A stretch of DNA of 64,000 nt from positions 3,032,369-3,096,368 of the forward strand of contig JAWPML010000001.1 in the NCBI GenBank assembly GCA_033344915.1. The letters are read 5' to 3'. The notes below the pieces were generated by a model. It ran no database searches. It saw nothing but the letters and a program-made list of their open reading frames with translations, and had not been told where the DNA came from. The translations under genes and the position numbers were made by a program. Origin of the DNA: Acidimicrobiales bacterium. GTDB lineage: Bacteria > Actinomycetota > Acidimicrobiia > Acidimicrobiales > Aldehydirespiratoraceae. This document shows, in pieces, positions 27,901-35,871 of the stretch. The first letter of the stretch is position 1, and each line of letters starts with the position of its first letter.

Positions 27901-28075
27901 CGGCGCCGCGGCGGTGACCGTCATCCCCGACACGTTCATCAGCTCCGTCTCGATCCCGGTCGGCACGCTCGCCGCCTACCTCGCCCTGGCATCGATCGCC
28001 GGCATCGCCGCGGCGATCATCCCGGCTCGCCGCGCCGCCCGGCTCAACGTCCTCGAGGCGATCTCGCAGGGCTGA
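24956..28075 (+). CDS. Oversized ABC transporter permease (two FtsX modules plus an extra central TM bundle)
   Basis: Trimmed from ORF 24596..28075. The ATG at 24956 overlaps the ATPase TGA by 1 nt. 1039 aa. FtsX motifs: GLLRAIGASGNQVTKALLGEA and GLVRAVGMTRRQMMRMVLFEG. Confidence 0.85.
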   Translation: MIWKLIRRNVAGKPFRFLLTCSAVTVGVMFTVGVFVFTDAQRSQFAALAEDIEGGTDYAVRTSIEFGDDTLRPPFDLAVSDQIAAVPGVTNVQPYVLKFDVIPRIDDERLIASFGVNIGLNWPTDSATPRLFISDGEPPATGTEFAIDSRAAEDFGFELGGTYTIDTPTGPGDFVLVGIFHFADPEVSQLFGDTIQVAFDTETAVEVLNGGVGIDRVEFSTTADLTDDELFAALEPILPPTLEIVTGEQLVEEQESDFGEFVDIFRTVLLAFAIIILAVSAFVIFNVFTILIGQRVRELGLLRAIGASGNQVTKALLGEALLVGVASTAMGIVLGIGFGWFMGWLLGTLQFGPSTSELIITRTALIWGVAVGVIVTMASAIVPALRARHLTPMMALREDGRLRQIVPVRNLAIGVPLVIGAWALYVIGIAIGGDSDWPVWIVIPLFGFGAAFANAYGLRRIDAAAGRFAMLGFGAISIVLTVVLDLDVGELLLLLAVAAVTLFLGVNAISPRLARPVSHFLGRWPLAILLLLGGIALTLAGVGALVGAAVLLVQLLADVFGSGDATAMGALAVVLLGLFGALIARVGYRTVDASLIMGWSWPAGLGGVIVFGIGAIGVISLVTGVIGVLTFDFGAATITSLLVGAVATVLAAVARRKLPTTMKANARMARENAGRSPQRTASAAAALMIGLALVTTAAVVTDSFKATFADVLEERVISDFFISHENFAPNTSFSRELAGDLNDVAEVESAISFRFAFEAFRFSVDGSTRDASAVELETSLDHFDPGFLDLDPSLVGPGSIWIHEDVAADTELSVGDALGITFNDGSIEQVRVAAIYEDLSIYGSAVVDLSLWESHFPTANDQFVSLLVADGVDTEDARAAIEAVAVDYPVNVDTRDEFQERQEGIIDQFLQTFTVLLLAAILVAVLGISITLALSVFERTRELGLVRAVGMTRRQMMRMVLFEGAIIAAFGGFLGVVLGTVFGAAAVTVIPDTFISSVSIPVGTLAAYLALASIAGIAAAIIPARRAARLNVLEAISQG

Positions 28076-28180
28076 CCGGACGTGCTGGTGGGCCGTACGG
28101 CCCAGAAATCCCCTCAGTTCGGGTCCAGAAACGCCGACAGAACCACCGATGGAGCGGTTCGGACCCGAGACGGGCATGCC

Positions 28181-28816
28181 ATGACAACTCACCCTGTGAC
28201 CGTGGTGGTCGCCGGCGACCGTGGTCTCGGCGATGCGCTCCAGGCCCCCCGTGGAGACGGCATCGACGTCATCGACCACGTGACCACCGGCAACGACGCC
28301 GTCGCCCGCGTCCTCGCCGAGCTCCCCGACGTCCTCCTACTCGACGCCCGGATCGAGGAGGTCGACGCCCGCGCCGTCTGTCGTCGACTCCGCGAATGGG
28401 CGCCGGCCACGCGCGTGCTCGCCGCCACCCACCTCGACGACGAACGGGCCTACACCACGATGGTCGCCGGCGCGACGGGCGCCGTGCTCCTCAGCGACGA
28501 CGAAGCCACCGTCGCCCGGGCCGTCCACGACATCGCTCGCGGCGAGGCGTTGCTGCTCTCGCGGATGGCCGTGCGCCTGCTCCACGACCTGGACGCGTGG
28601 GCCGAGCGCTCGGCCGACCCGCTGTACCCCCCGCCGACCCTCACGGCCACCGAGCGCGAGGTGCTCACCTCCATCGGCGCCGGCGACGACAGCCGCACCA
28701 TCGCGGCGACGCACGCCGTGACCCCCCACCTCGTGAACCTCCACGCCGGCTTCGCCGTCACCAAGCTGCACCGCTACGTGCACGGCGCCGAACGCCTCGC
28801 CGCCCAACAGCAGTAG
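28181..28816 (+). CDS. LuxR-family regulator with an atypical receiver-like domain (orphan)
   Basis: Trimmed to the ATG at 28181. Receiver-like N-terminus (VVVAGD...DVLLLDARIEEVDA...VLAATH) and C-terminal LuxR HTH (LTATEREVLTSIGAGDDSRTIAATHAVTPHLVNLH). No cognate kinase is adjacent. Confidence 0.6.
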   Translation: MTTHPVTVVVAGDRGLGDALQAPRGDGIDVIDHVTTGNDAVARVLAELPDVLLLDARIEEVDARAVCRRLREWAPATRVLAATHLDDERAYTTMVAGATGAVLLSDDEATVARAVHDIARGEALLLSRMAVRLLHDLDAWAERSADPLYPPPTLTATEREVLTSIGAGDDSRTIAATHAVTPHLVNLHAGFAVTKLHRYVHGAERLAAQQQ

Positions 28817-28817
28817 C

Positions 28818-28883
28818 TCAGCCGCCCCGCTGGCAGCGTTCAGCCGCCCCGCTGGCAGCGTTCAGCCGCCCCGCTGGCAGCGG
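28818..28883. repeat. 22-bp tandem repeat x3 (TCAGCCGCCCCGCTGGCAGCGT/G) duplicating the 3' end and stop codon of nei
   Basis: Read directly, with a period of 22 (28818, 28840, 28862). It explains why three minus-strand ORFs in the track end at exactly those positions with the shared C-terminus ...CQRGG. Confidence 0.9.
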
Positions 28884-29632
28884 GGGCACCACCACGTCGT
28901 GCGGCCCTGCGTCCCACCATCCGCGGTTCTGATCCCGGTCCCGCACACCCGACACCCCTGCCCGTGTCGGCCGTAGACCGCCAGGCCGCCGCGGAACGTC
29001 TCGCGCCGCCAGCGTCCGAGGTTCGCCTGGAGTTGGGTGGCGGCGGTCTCGTACAACGTTCGCACGGTCGCCGCGTCGACGTCGCCGAGTCGGACGTGGG
29101 GATCGACACCACAGGCGAACAGGGCCTCGCACTTGTAGACGTTGCCGATTCCCGCCGCGAGCCGCTGATCGAGCAGCACATCGCCGATCTGGGCATCCGG
29201 GTCGGCCCACGCGTCGACCCGTCGGACGACCTCGTCGATGTCGACCGGAGGACGACACAGGTCCGGCCCGAGATGATCGAGCGCGCCGTCGCCGCGACGC
29301 CCGATCTCGACCACCGGGGCCGCGAAACACACCGCCGTCGCGTCCGCGGTCTCGAGCACGGCCCGGGCGAGATGGCGCGGTCGACGCCAGCGGGCACCGC
29401 GCTCGTAGAGGTGCCAGGCCCCGGTCATCCGCAGGTGGGTGCGCAGGATCAGACCCCGCTCCACCTCGATCTCCAGATACTTGCCGCGGGCTCGGACCTC
29501 GGTGACCACGTCGCCGGGCTTCAGCCGGTCCATGCCCCGCAGCCGCGGGAACGACACGTCGGTGAGCGTGCGACCGTCGAACGCGGGGCCGAGTCGGAGC
29601 GCCAGGTTGTGGAGCGTGTCGCCCTCGGGCAC
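28862..29632 (-). CDS. nei: Fpg/Nei-family DNA glycosylase (endonuclease VIII, Nei2-like)
   Basis: Trimmed to the GTG at 29632, giving the N-terminus (M)PEGDTLHN with the catalytic Pro2. Helix-two-turn-helix region: LLDQRLAAGIGNVYKCEALF. Zinc finger: CRVCGTGI...WWCPRCQ. Confidence 0.85.
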   Translation of the reverse strand: MPEGDTLHNLALRLGPAFDGRTLTDVSFPRLRGMDRLKPGDVVTEVRARGKYLEIEVERGLILRTHLRMTGAWHLYERGARWRRPRHLARAVLETADATAVCFAAPVVEIGRRGDGALDHLGPDLCRPPVDIDEVVRRVDAWADPDAQIGDVLLDQRLAAGIGNVYKCEALFACGVDPHVRLGDVDAATVRTLYETAATQLQANLGRWRRETFRGGLAVYGRHGQGCRVCGTGIRTADGGTQGRTTWWCPRCQRGG

Positions 29633-29634
29633 CG

Positions 29635-30675
29635 TCAGTCGACGCCGAGTACCGCGGCCACGTCCTCGGCCACCCGGTCCACCGCGCGACGCGCTTCCCG
29701 GCTGATCCCACCGAACACGGTGAAGGAGTGGGTGAGCGAAGTCTCGCACCGGTGCGTGACCGGCACCCCGGCCGCCGCGAGCGCCTCCGCGTAGGCGTTG
29801 CCCTCGTCGCGAATCGGATCGAAGCCCGCCGTGACCACCACGGCCGGTGCCAACCCCCACAGCTCGGTGGCGAGACCGGGGCTCGCCCGGACATCGGTGC
29901 CCGCGCTCGGGTCCGGGAGGGCGTGGTGATCGAAGAACGCCAGCGCGTCGGCAGAGAGCGGGAACACCTCGGCGCAGGAGTCCCGACTGCCGCCCGTGTA
30001 GGTGTGGTCGATGCCGGGGTAGAGCAGGATCTGGGCGACGGGCTGGCGCACACCTCGGCCCCGGGCCTGCTGGCACACGACGGCGGAGAGCATGCCCCCC
30101 GCGGAGGTGCCGGCGACGGCGACCCGGGCCGGGTCGACCCCGAGGCCCTCCGCATGTTCGACGACCCACTCGTGCGCAGCCACCCCGTCGTCGACGAAGG
30201 CCGGGAACGGGTACTCCGGGGCGAGGCGGTAGTCGACCGACACGATCACCGCGCCGCAGCGCTCGGCCAGCGTGGTGCACAGGGCGTGATCCGAATCGAG
30301 ATCGCCGATCACGAACCCGCCCTGGTGGTACCAGACGATCGCCGGCGCGGCCCCCGTGGTCGCGGTCGGATGGTAGATCCGCACGGGAAGGTCCCCGCCG
30401 GGCCCGGGGATGGTGCGGTCATGGGTGGAGACCGACTCGACGGGCTCGTGCTGGGTGATCTTCACCATCTCCGCGAACCCCTCCCGCATCGACTCCGGCG
30501 TCGGTTCATCGCCGGCCATCTGCTTGAGCGCGGCGGCCGCGAACACCTGCATCTGGAGGTCGAGGGTGTTGCCGTCGATCACCAGCGGTTCGCCGGCCAT
30601 GCGGCGCAGGACGCGTTTCGGGAGCCGGCTCGTGGTGCGGGCGGCGGCGCGAGCGATTCGGGTGCGGGCGGACAC
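29635..30675 (-). CDS. Alpha/beta-hydrolase esterase/lipase (hormone-sensitive-lipase family)
   Basis: Trimmed to the GTG at 30675, immediately after the guaB stop. Oxyanion motif VWYHQGGF, nucleophile elbow GTSAGG, DYRLAPEYPFPA. Confidence 0.8.
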   Translation of the reverse strand: MSARTRIARAAARTTSRLPKRVLRRMAGEPLVIDGNTLDLQMQVFAAAALKQMAGDEPTPESMREGFAEMVKITQHEPVESVSTHDRTIPGPGGDLPVRIYHPTATTGAAPAIVWYHQGGFVIGDLDSDHALCTTLAERCGAVIVSVDYRLAPEYPFPAFVDDGVAAHEWVVEHAEGLGVDPARVAVAGTSAGGMLSAVVCQQARGRGVRQPVAQILLYPGIDHTYTGGSRDSCAEVFPLSADALAFFDHHALPDPSAGTDVRASPGLATELWGLAPAVVVTAGFDPIRDEGNAYAEALAAAGVPVTHRCETSLTHSFTVFGGISREARRAVDRVAEDVAAVLGVD

Positions 30676-30677
30676 GG

Positions 30678-32126
30678 CTACTCGTCTCGGAGGACGGCCA
30701 CGTCGTGCGGGTGGCTCTCCCGCAGGCCGGCGCCCGTGATGCGCACCAGTCGGGTGCGGTGGCGCAGATCGTCGAGATCGGCGGCCCCCGCGTAGCCCAT
30801 GCCCGAGCGGAGCCCACCCATGGTCTGGGCGATCAGCTCGGCCATCGGTCCCGCGTAGCGCACGCGGGCCTCGACCCCCTCGGCGACATGCTTTCCCGGT
30901 GCCTGGCCGGTGCCGTAGCGGTCCGTGGCCCGACCCCGCATCGCGCCGGCCGAACCCATGCCCCGGTAGGTCTTCCACATCGCGCCGTCGACGAGCTCGA
31001 GGTCTCCCGGTGCCTCGTCGACGCCGGCCAGCAGGTTGCCGAGCATCACACAGTCGGCGCCGGCGACGAAGGCCTTCACGATGTCGCCGGAAGTGACCAC
31101 GCCGCCGTCGGCGATCACGGGCACGCCGAGGTCACGAGCCGCCGCCGCGCACTCGTGGATCGCCGTCATCTGGGGCATGCCCGCCCCGGCGACGACGCGT
31201 GTCGTGCAGATGCTGCCCGCCCCGACGCCGATCTTGATGACGTCGGCACCAGCCTCGGCGAGGGTCTCGACCCCCTGGCGGGTGACGACGTTGCCGCCCA
31301 CGACGGGGAGGTCGGGCCAGCCCTTCTTGATCGTGCGGACGGCATCCACGACACCCTGCGTGTGGCCGTGGGCGGTGTCGATGACGAGCATGTCGACCCC
31401 CATCGCCTCCAGGGCCTCGGTGCGTTCGGCGGTGTCGGTGACACCCACGGCGGCCGCGACCCGGAGCCGGCCGTCGCCGTCGAGCGTCGAGTCCGGGTTC
31501 TCGATGCGCTTCGTGATGTCCTTCACCGTGATGAGACCGGCCAGGCGGCCATCGTCGTCGACCAGGGGGAGCTTCTCGATCCGATGCTTGTGCAGGATCG
31601 CCACCGCATCCTCGATCGCGGTGCCCACCGGCGCGGTGACCAGCGGCGCGGGGGTCATGAACTCGGTGACCGGCTTCGCGTACTCGTCGGCCGTGCAGAA
31701 CCGGATGTCGCGGTTGGTGAGGATGCCGGCGAGGCGCCCGTCGGGCTCACAGATCGGGACGCCGCTGATGCGGTGGCGGTGCATGAGCGCCTCGGCATCG
31801 TCGAGGGTGGCCGTGGGCGGGAGGCTGATCGGCGCGGAGATCATGCCGGCCTGGGCCCGCTTGACCCGGTCGACCTCGTCGGCCTGCTCCTCGATCGAGA
31901 AGTTTCGGTGGAGCACACCGATCCCACCGGCGCGCGCGATCGCGATCGCGAGTGGGGATTCGGTGACCGTGTCCATCGCCGCGGACATGAGCGGAACCCG
32001 CAGTTCGATCCCGGCGAGAGAGGTGGAGGTGTCGACCTCGGAGGGCAGGACCTCGCTCCAGCCGGGAACCACGAGCACATCGTCGAAGGTGAGCGCTTCC
32101 GCGCCAGCGAAGATCTCGTCGTTCAT
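30678..32126 (-). CDS. guaB: Inosine-5'-monophosphate dehydrogenase
   Basis: Trimmed to the ATG at 32126 (MNDEIFAGAEALTFDDVLVVPG). CBS pair region, catalytic loop IKIGVGAGSICTTRVVAGAGMPQ, GGIGVLHRN. Confidence 0.9.
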   Translation of the reverse strand: MNDEIFAGAEALTFDDVLVVPGWSEVLPSEVDTSTSLAGIELRVPLMSAAMDTVTESPLAIAIARAGGIGVLHRNFSIEEQADEVDRVKRAQAGMISAPISLPPTATLDDAEALMHRHRISGVPICEPDGRLAGILTNRDIRFCTADEYAKPVTEFMTPAPLVTAPVGTAIEDAVAILHKHRIEKLPLVDDDGRLAGLITVKDITKRIENPDSTLDGDGRLRVAAAVGVTDTAERTEALEAMGVDMLVIDTAHGHTQGVVDAVRTIKKGWPDLPVVGGNVVTRQGVETLAEAGADVIKIGVGAGSICTTRVVAGAGMPQMTAIHECAAAARDLGVPVIADGGVVTSGDIVKAFVAGADCVMLGNLLAGVDEAPGDLELVDGAMWKTYRGMGSAGAMRGRATDRYGTGQAPGKHVAEGVEARVRYAGPMAELIAQTMGGLRSGMGYAGAADLDDLRHRTRLVRITGAGLRESHPHDVAVLRDE

Positions 32127-32185
32127 CTGGTCACGATAGACGCTCGGATGACTTGAGACGGGATCGTGCCCGCCGATGATGAGAC

Positions 32186-33199
32186 ATGACGTGGAAGCTG
32201 TGGATCGCGGGCCTGGTCGTTGCCGCGTCCTGTGCCGCACCGCAACCCCCCGATGCCTGGTCGGTCGACCGCGTCGCCACGGACGAGGAGGTCCTCACCG
32301 ACGCGTTGTGCGGCGACGTCGCCGAACTCGCGCTCGGGTCCCTCGCCGACCAAGCCGATCTGCAGGTCGTCCTCGACGAACTCGCCCGGCTCGGCGCGCT
32401 CGCCGGGGCGACCGGTGCGCTACCGACGATCGTCGCGATCGAGACCACCCTCGCCGACGAGTCGTTGAGCGAACACCGGGCCTCCGTGCAGCTGCACGAC
32501 CTTCTCGTCGAGGCGGCGGCCGAGCTCGACGAGGCCACGAGCGCGGCCTGCGACATTCCCGCGTTCAGCGCGATGTACGCCGCGACGGGCTTCGGCGATT
32601 GCCATCTCGAGCTCGAGATTCCGATCGCCGCCTACACCCTCGCCGGCGAACCCGGCACCTGCAGCACCGACGATCTGCCGCGGCACCTGCCGTGCTGGAG
32701 CAATGACGGGAACCACCTCGCGGTCGACTGTGTGACCTCCCTGATCGTGCAGGTCGTGGACGGGGAATGGCGACCGGCCGGTGAACCGCGGGAGATCTCG
32801 ATCGACCGGGTGGATCCCGACGCCCCACCACCGCCGGACACATTCGTCCTCACGGACACGCCCGAATGCGTTGCCGTGGCATCGCTCTTCCTCGACGGGC
32901 CGACCCCGAACGGGGCGATCCCCGACTACGACCGGCTCCGGCTCGCGGTGGCCGGGCTCGACGCCGTCACCCGAGCGCTGGTCGACGACTTCATCGCCGC
33001 CGCGTCGGACCCGCCGAGCCTCGACGAGTTCCAGGCGTTGGTCTCGTCGCTCGACGAAGCGACGGTGGACGCCTGCGGGCTCCCGCTCGTCAGCGCCTGG
33101 GCGACGGTGACCTCGACGGTGTCCGAGCTGCCCTGCTGGGTGGCCACGGACCGGGCCTACCCGGCCTATCGCGCGGCGGCGTGCCCCGAGGGCACCTGA
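32186..33199 (+). CDS. Cys-rich lipoprotein of unknown function with an internal two-module repeat
   Basis: Lipobox VVAASC. Ten further Cys residues. Repeated strings: LDEATSAACDIPAFSAMYA / LDEATVDACGLPLVSAWAT and LPCWSNDG / LPCWVATD. Confidence 0.55.
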   Translation: MTWKLWIAGLVVAASCAAPQPPDAWSVDRVATDEEVLTDALCGDVAELALGSLADQADLQVVLDELARLGALAGATGALPTIVAIETTLADESLSEHRASVQLHDLLVEAAAELDEATSAACDIPAFSAMYAATGFGDCHLELEIPIAAYTLAGEPGTCSTDDLPRHLPCWSNDGNHLAVDCVTSLIVQVVDGEWRPAGEPREISIDRVDPDAPPPPDTFVLTDTPECVAVASLFLDGPTPNGAIPDYDRLRLAVAGLDAVTRALVDDFIAAASDPPSLDEFQALVSSLDEATVDACGLPLVSAWATVTSTVSELPCWVATDRAYPAYRAAACPEGT

Positions 33200-34192
33200 T
33201 CAGACGCCGAGCCGGTCCGCGTCGTCCGGCGTGATCGGCAGACCCGCGACTCCTTCGTCCTCGAGCTCGCGGTAGAGATCCCGATAGCGGGCGTCGAACG
33301 CGGCCGCGCGGGCGGACGACATCTCCGCCCGCCACCGGCCGGTGTGTGCCTTCTCGGGATCGACGGCGCGGGCGAAGTAGCGCTCGATCGCCTTCGTCCG
33401 TTCGAACCCCGCGCACGCAAGTACCTCGTCGAGGCGTTGCTCGCGGTGAGTGAGGGCGAACTCCTCGAAGCGCACCCGCATGACCCGGTCCGCATCGGCT
33501 CGCGCCATCGCGGCGTGGCCGGCCCGCACCCGGGCGGCCCACCAGTCGAGGGCGTCGTCGGGCGAGTCCGGGCCCCAGGCCATGGTCACCACGCTCGCGG
33601 CGACGTCGCGCCCGTCACGGACGATGTCGAACACCCGGGCGCGGGGGAACACCTGCAGAAGGACGTCCGTGGCCGCGGTGTTGTCCGGGGTCGTCTCCAC
33701 CCAGGTGCGGGCCCCGCGACCGTGGGCGTACGGGTCGACCAACCGGTGCGCGAAGGCGCGCAGCGCACTGGCGGGATCGCCGCCGTCGGCGCGGAGTCGT
33801 TTGGTCGCCTCGCTGAGCTCGCCCGACGTGGCGAGGAGGAGCAGCCCTTTCGGGCTGCCGCTCGCGCCGGCGATGCCGTACCAACGCGACCGGACCCGGT
33901 CAGTGAACTCGTCGATGCTCTCCTCGCCGCGCAACACTCGGCCGAACCCACCCTCCGAGGAGTGGAACCGCAGCTCGGTGCGGATGACGGCGACGTCGGG
34001 GTGCTGGCCCAGCAGACGACCGAGCATCCAGGTGCCGCTGCGACCCGTGCCCCCGACGAAGAACGGTCCGGGCGCGGCGTCGTCGATCTCGTCGGCATCC
34101 GCCTCGGCTCGGCGGAGCCGGGCGCGGAGGTAGTTCACCTCCTGCTCGAGGTCGGCAACGGTCCGGCGGAGGGAACGCTCGTCGTCGGCCAT
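33200..34192 (-). CDS. Sulfotransferase-family protein with an N-terminal coiled-coil segment
   Basis: Trimmed to the ATG at 34192, which overlaps the upstream TGA by 1 nt. PAPS 5'-phosphosulfate loop FFVGGTGRSGTWMLG, 3'-phosphate motif IVRDGRDVAAS, and an N-terminal heptad-like stretch SLRRTVADLEQEVNYLRARLRRAEAD. Confidence 0.7.
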   Translation of the reverse strand: MADDERSLRRTVADLEQEVNYLRARLRRAEADADEIDDAAPGPFFVGGTGRSGTWMLGRLLGQHPDVAVIRTELRFHSSEGGFGRVLRGEESIDEFTDRVRSRWYGIAGASGSPKGLLLLATSGELSEATKRLRADGGDPASALRAFAHRLVDPYAHGRGARTWVETTPDNTAATDVLLQVFPRARVFDIVRDGRDVAASVVTMAWGPDSPDDALDWWAARVRAGHAAMARADADRVMRVRFEEFALTHREQRLDEVLACAGFERTKAIERYFARAVDPEKAHTGRWRAEMSSARAAAFDARYRDLYRELEDEGVAGLPITPDDADRLGV

Positions 34193-34989
34193 CAGTCCTC
34201 CCGGTCCTCCTGCTCGGCCGCGCGCTTCTCGGCCTGAGCGGCGCGCCGGGCGCGGCGCTCGACCATGTCCTCGCGGTAAGCCGTGACCACCTCGCCGGCG
34301 TCGCCCCACATCACCTGGCGGCCCGCGTCGATCCAGAGTGCGACATCGCACCGGCGCTTGATCGTCGACAGCGAGTGGCTCACCAGGAACACCGTGGACG
34401 CGCCGTCGACGAGCTGCGACACCCGCTCGTTGCTGCGGTCCTTGAACTCCTCGTCGCCGACGGCGAGCGCCTCGTCCACGAGGAGGATGCGAGGTTGGAC
34501 CGCCGTGGACACCGCGAACTGCAACCGGGCCTTCATCCCCGACGAGTACGTCTTGAAGGGGCGGTCGATCGCGTGGTCGATACCGGCGAACTCGATGATC
34601 TCGTCGAGCTGATCGAGCATGGACTTGCGGCTCGCGCCGAGTGCCGTTCCTCCCAGCACGATGTTCTCCCGGCCGGTGAGATCACCCTTCAATGCGGCGC
34701 CGACCCCGAGCAGGACCGGGAAGTCGGTCACCTGGATCGATCCGGCCCGCACCGGCATGAGTCCGGCGACGGCGCGCAGCAGGGAGCTCTTTCCCGAACC
34801 GTTCCGGCCGATGACGCCGACCGTCTGGCCCTCGTAGGCGGTGAACGACACGTCGTCGACCGCGATCACGAACCGACCGCGGTCGGTGGAGGTCGCCGCC
34901 GCCCGTTTCGCCTTGCGCGACTGGCGGCCGGCGACGCGGTAGGCCACCTGGACGTTCTCCACGACCACGGCCGGAGTGGGCTCAGACAC
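34192..34989 (-). CDS. Polysaccharide/teichoic-acid export ABC transporter ATP-binding protein (Wzt/TagH-like, short form)
   Basis: Walker A GRNGSGKSS, signature YSSGMKARLQF, Walker B LLVDEALAVGD. No C-terminal carbohydrate-binding extension (265 aa). Confidence 0.85.
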   Translation of the reverse strand: MSEPTPAVVVENVQVAYRVAGRQSRKAKRAAATSTDRGRFVIAVDDVSFTAYEGQTVGVIGRNGSGKSSLLRAVAGLMPVRAGSIQVTDFPVLLGVGAALKGDLTGRENIVLGGTALGASRKSMLDQLDEIIEFAGIDHAIDRPFKTYSSGMKARLQFAVSTAVQPRILLVDEALAVGDEEFKDRSNERVSQLVDGASTVFLVSHSLSTIKRRCDVALWIDAGRQVMWGDAGEVVTAYREDMVERRARRAAQAEKRAAEQEDRED

Positions 34990-35806
34990 CGCCGTACTCC
35001 AGCTCGTGACGACGGAAGAACCAGAGCGCGACGATCACGATGCCGACCGCCCACACGATCCCGACCAACCACCGCCACCCGGAGGTGGTCCCCTCGAGCA
35101 GGGCGTCGCGCCCGATGGTGAGGTACACGTTGGCCGGATTGGCCTCGAAGAGGACGCGCCACTCGTCACCGAGCTTGTCCTCCACCCGGCTGATCGGATA
35201 CAGCACGCCAGACATGTAGAACCACAGCCGCAGCAGAAAGGGCAGCAGTTCGTCGAGGTCGCGGAAACGAACCGTCGCCCGTGACGCCGCCAGAGCCAGC
35301 CCCGCGTTGAACACGAGCTGCACCAGCACCAGCGGCACGAGCAGGAACCACGTCAGGGCGAACGGTTCACCGGTCGCGATGACGACGGCGACGATGACGA
35401 TGATCGAGGGGAGGAAGATGAGCAGCTCGGCGAGCACCGTGGCGATCGGCAGCACCACCCGGGGGAACCGGATGCTCTGCAGCAGCGACCGGTTGTTCAG
35501 GATCGCCCGGGCGCCCGACGACATCGACTTGCGGGTGAACGTGAACATGAACACGCCGATGACGAGGAACCCCAGATAGTTGTCGAGTCCCCGGGTCACG
35601 TCGAAGAGCACGCCGAAGATGAGGTAGTAGACCCCGACGAGCAATGTCGGATTGAGGATCTGCCACAGGCTTCCCAGCGCGGTGTCGACATGATGCGCCC
35701 GGGCGTCGGCGCGCGCCAACGAGGTCGTGAAGTCGCGATATCGCCAACTCTCCCGCAGGTAGGCCGCGGTGGAAGGCACCTCCCCGACGTCACGCAGCGC
35801 AGTCAT
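34982..35806 (-). CDS. ABC-2 type polysaccharide export permease (Wzm/TagG-like)
   Basis: Trimmed to the ATG at 35806. Six TM helices by eye, with LGSLWQILNPTLLVGVYYLIFG typical of ABC-2 permeases. 8-nt overlap with the ATPase gene. Confidence 0.8.
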   Translation of the reverse strand: MTALRDVGEVPSTAAYLRESWRYRDFTTSLARADARAHHVDTALGSLWQILNPTLLVGVYYLIFGVLFDVTRGLDNYLGFLVIGVFMFTFTRKSMSSGARAILNNRSLLQSIRFPRVVLPIATVLAELLIFLPSIIVIVAVVIATGEPFALTWFLLVPLVLVQLVFNAGLALAASRATVRFRDLDELLPFLLRLWFYMSGVLYPISRVEDKLGDEWRVLFEANPANVYLTIGRDALLEGTTSGWRWLVGIVWAVGIVIVALWFFRRHELEYGGV

Positions 35807-35871
35807 GTGGTCCTCGCCATGCGCCGAGAGGCTAGCGGCTGCCCGCAGGGGCCCCGATCCGCGACGGTAAC

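Noticed and set aside
28090-28103. Palindrome GGGCCGTACGGCCC after the second permease gene, as a possible intrinsic terminator
   Set aside because: The stem is at most 5 bp with a 4-nt loop and no U-tract follows. This is too weak to call.
24854-28279. 1141-aa minus-strand ORF
   Set aside because: It is antisense to the second FtsX permease. The composition is low-complexity and charged, and no family signature is present.
28818-28883. Possible CRISPR array
   Set aside because: The units are directly abutting 22-mers with no spacers, and no cas genes are present. This is a simple tandem duplication.
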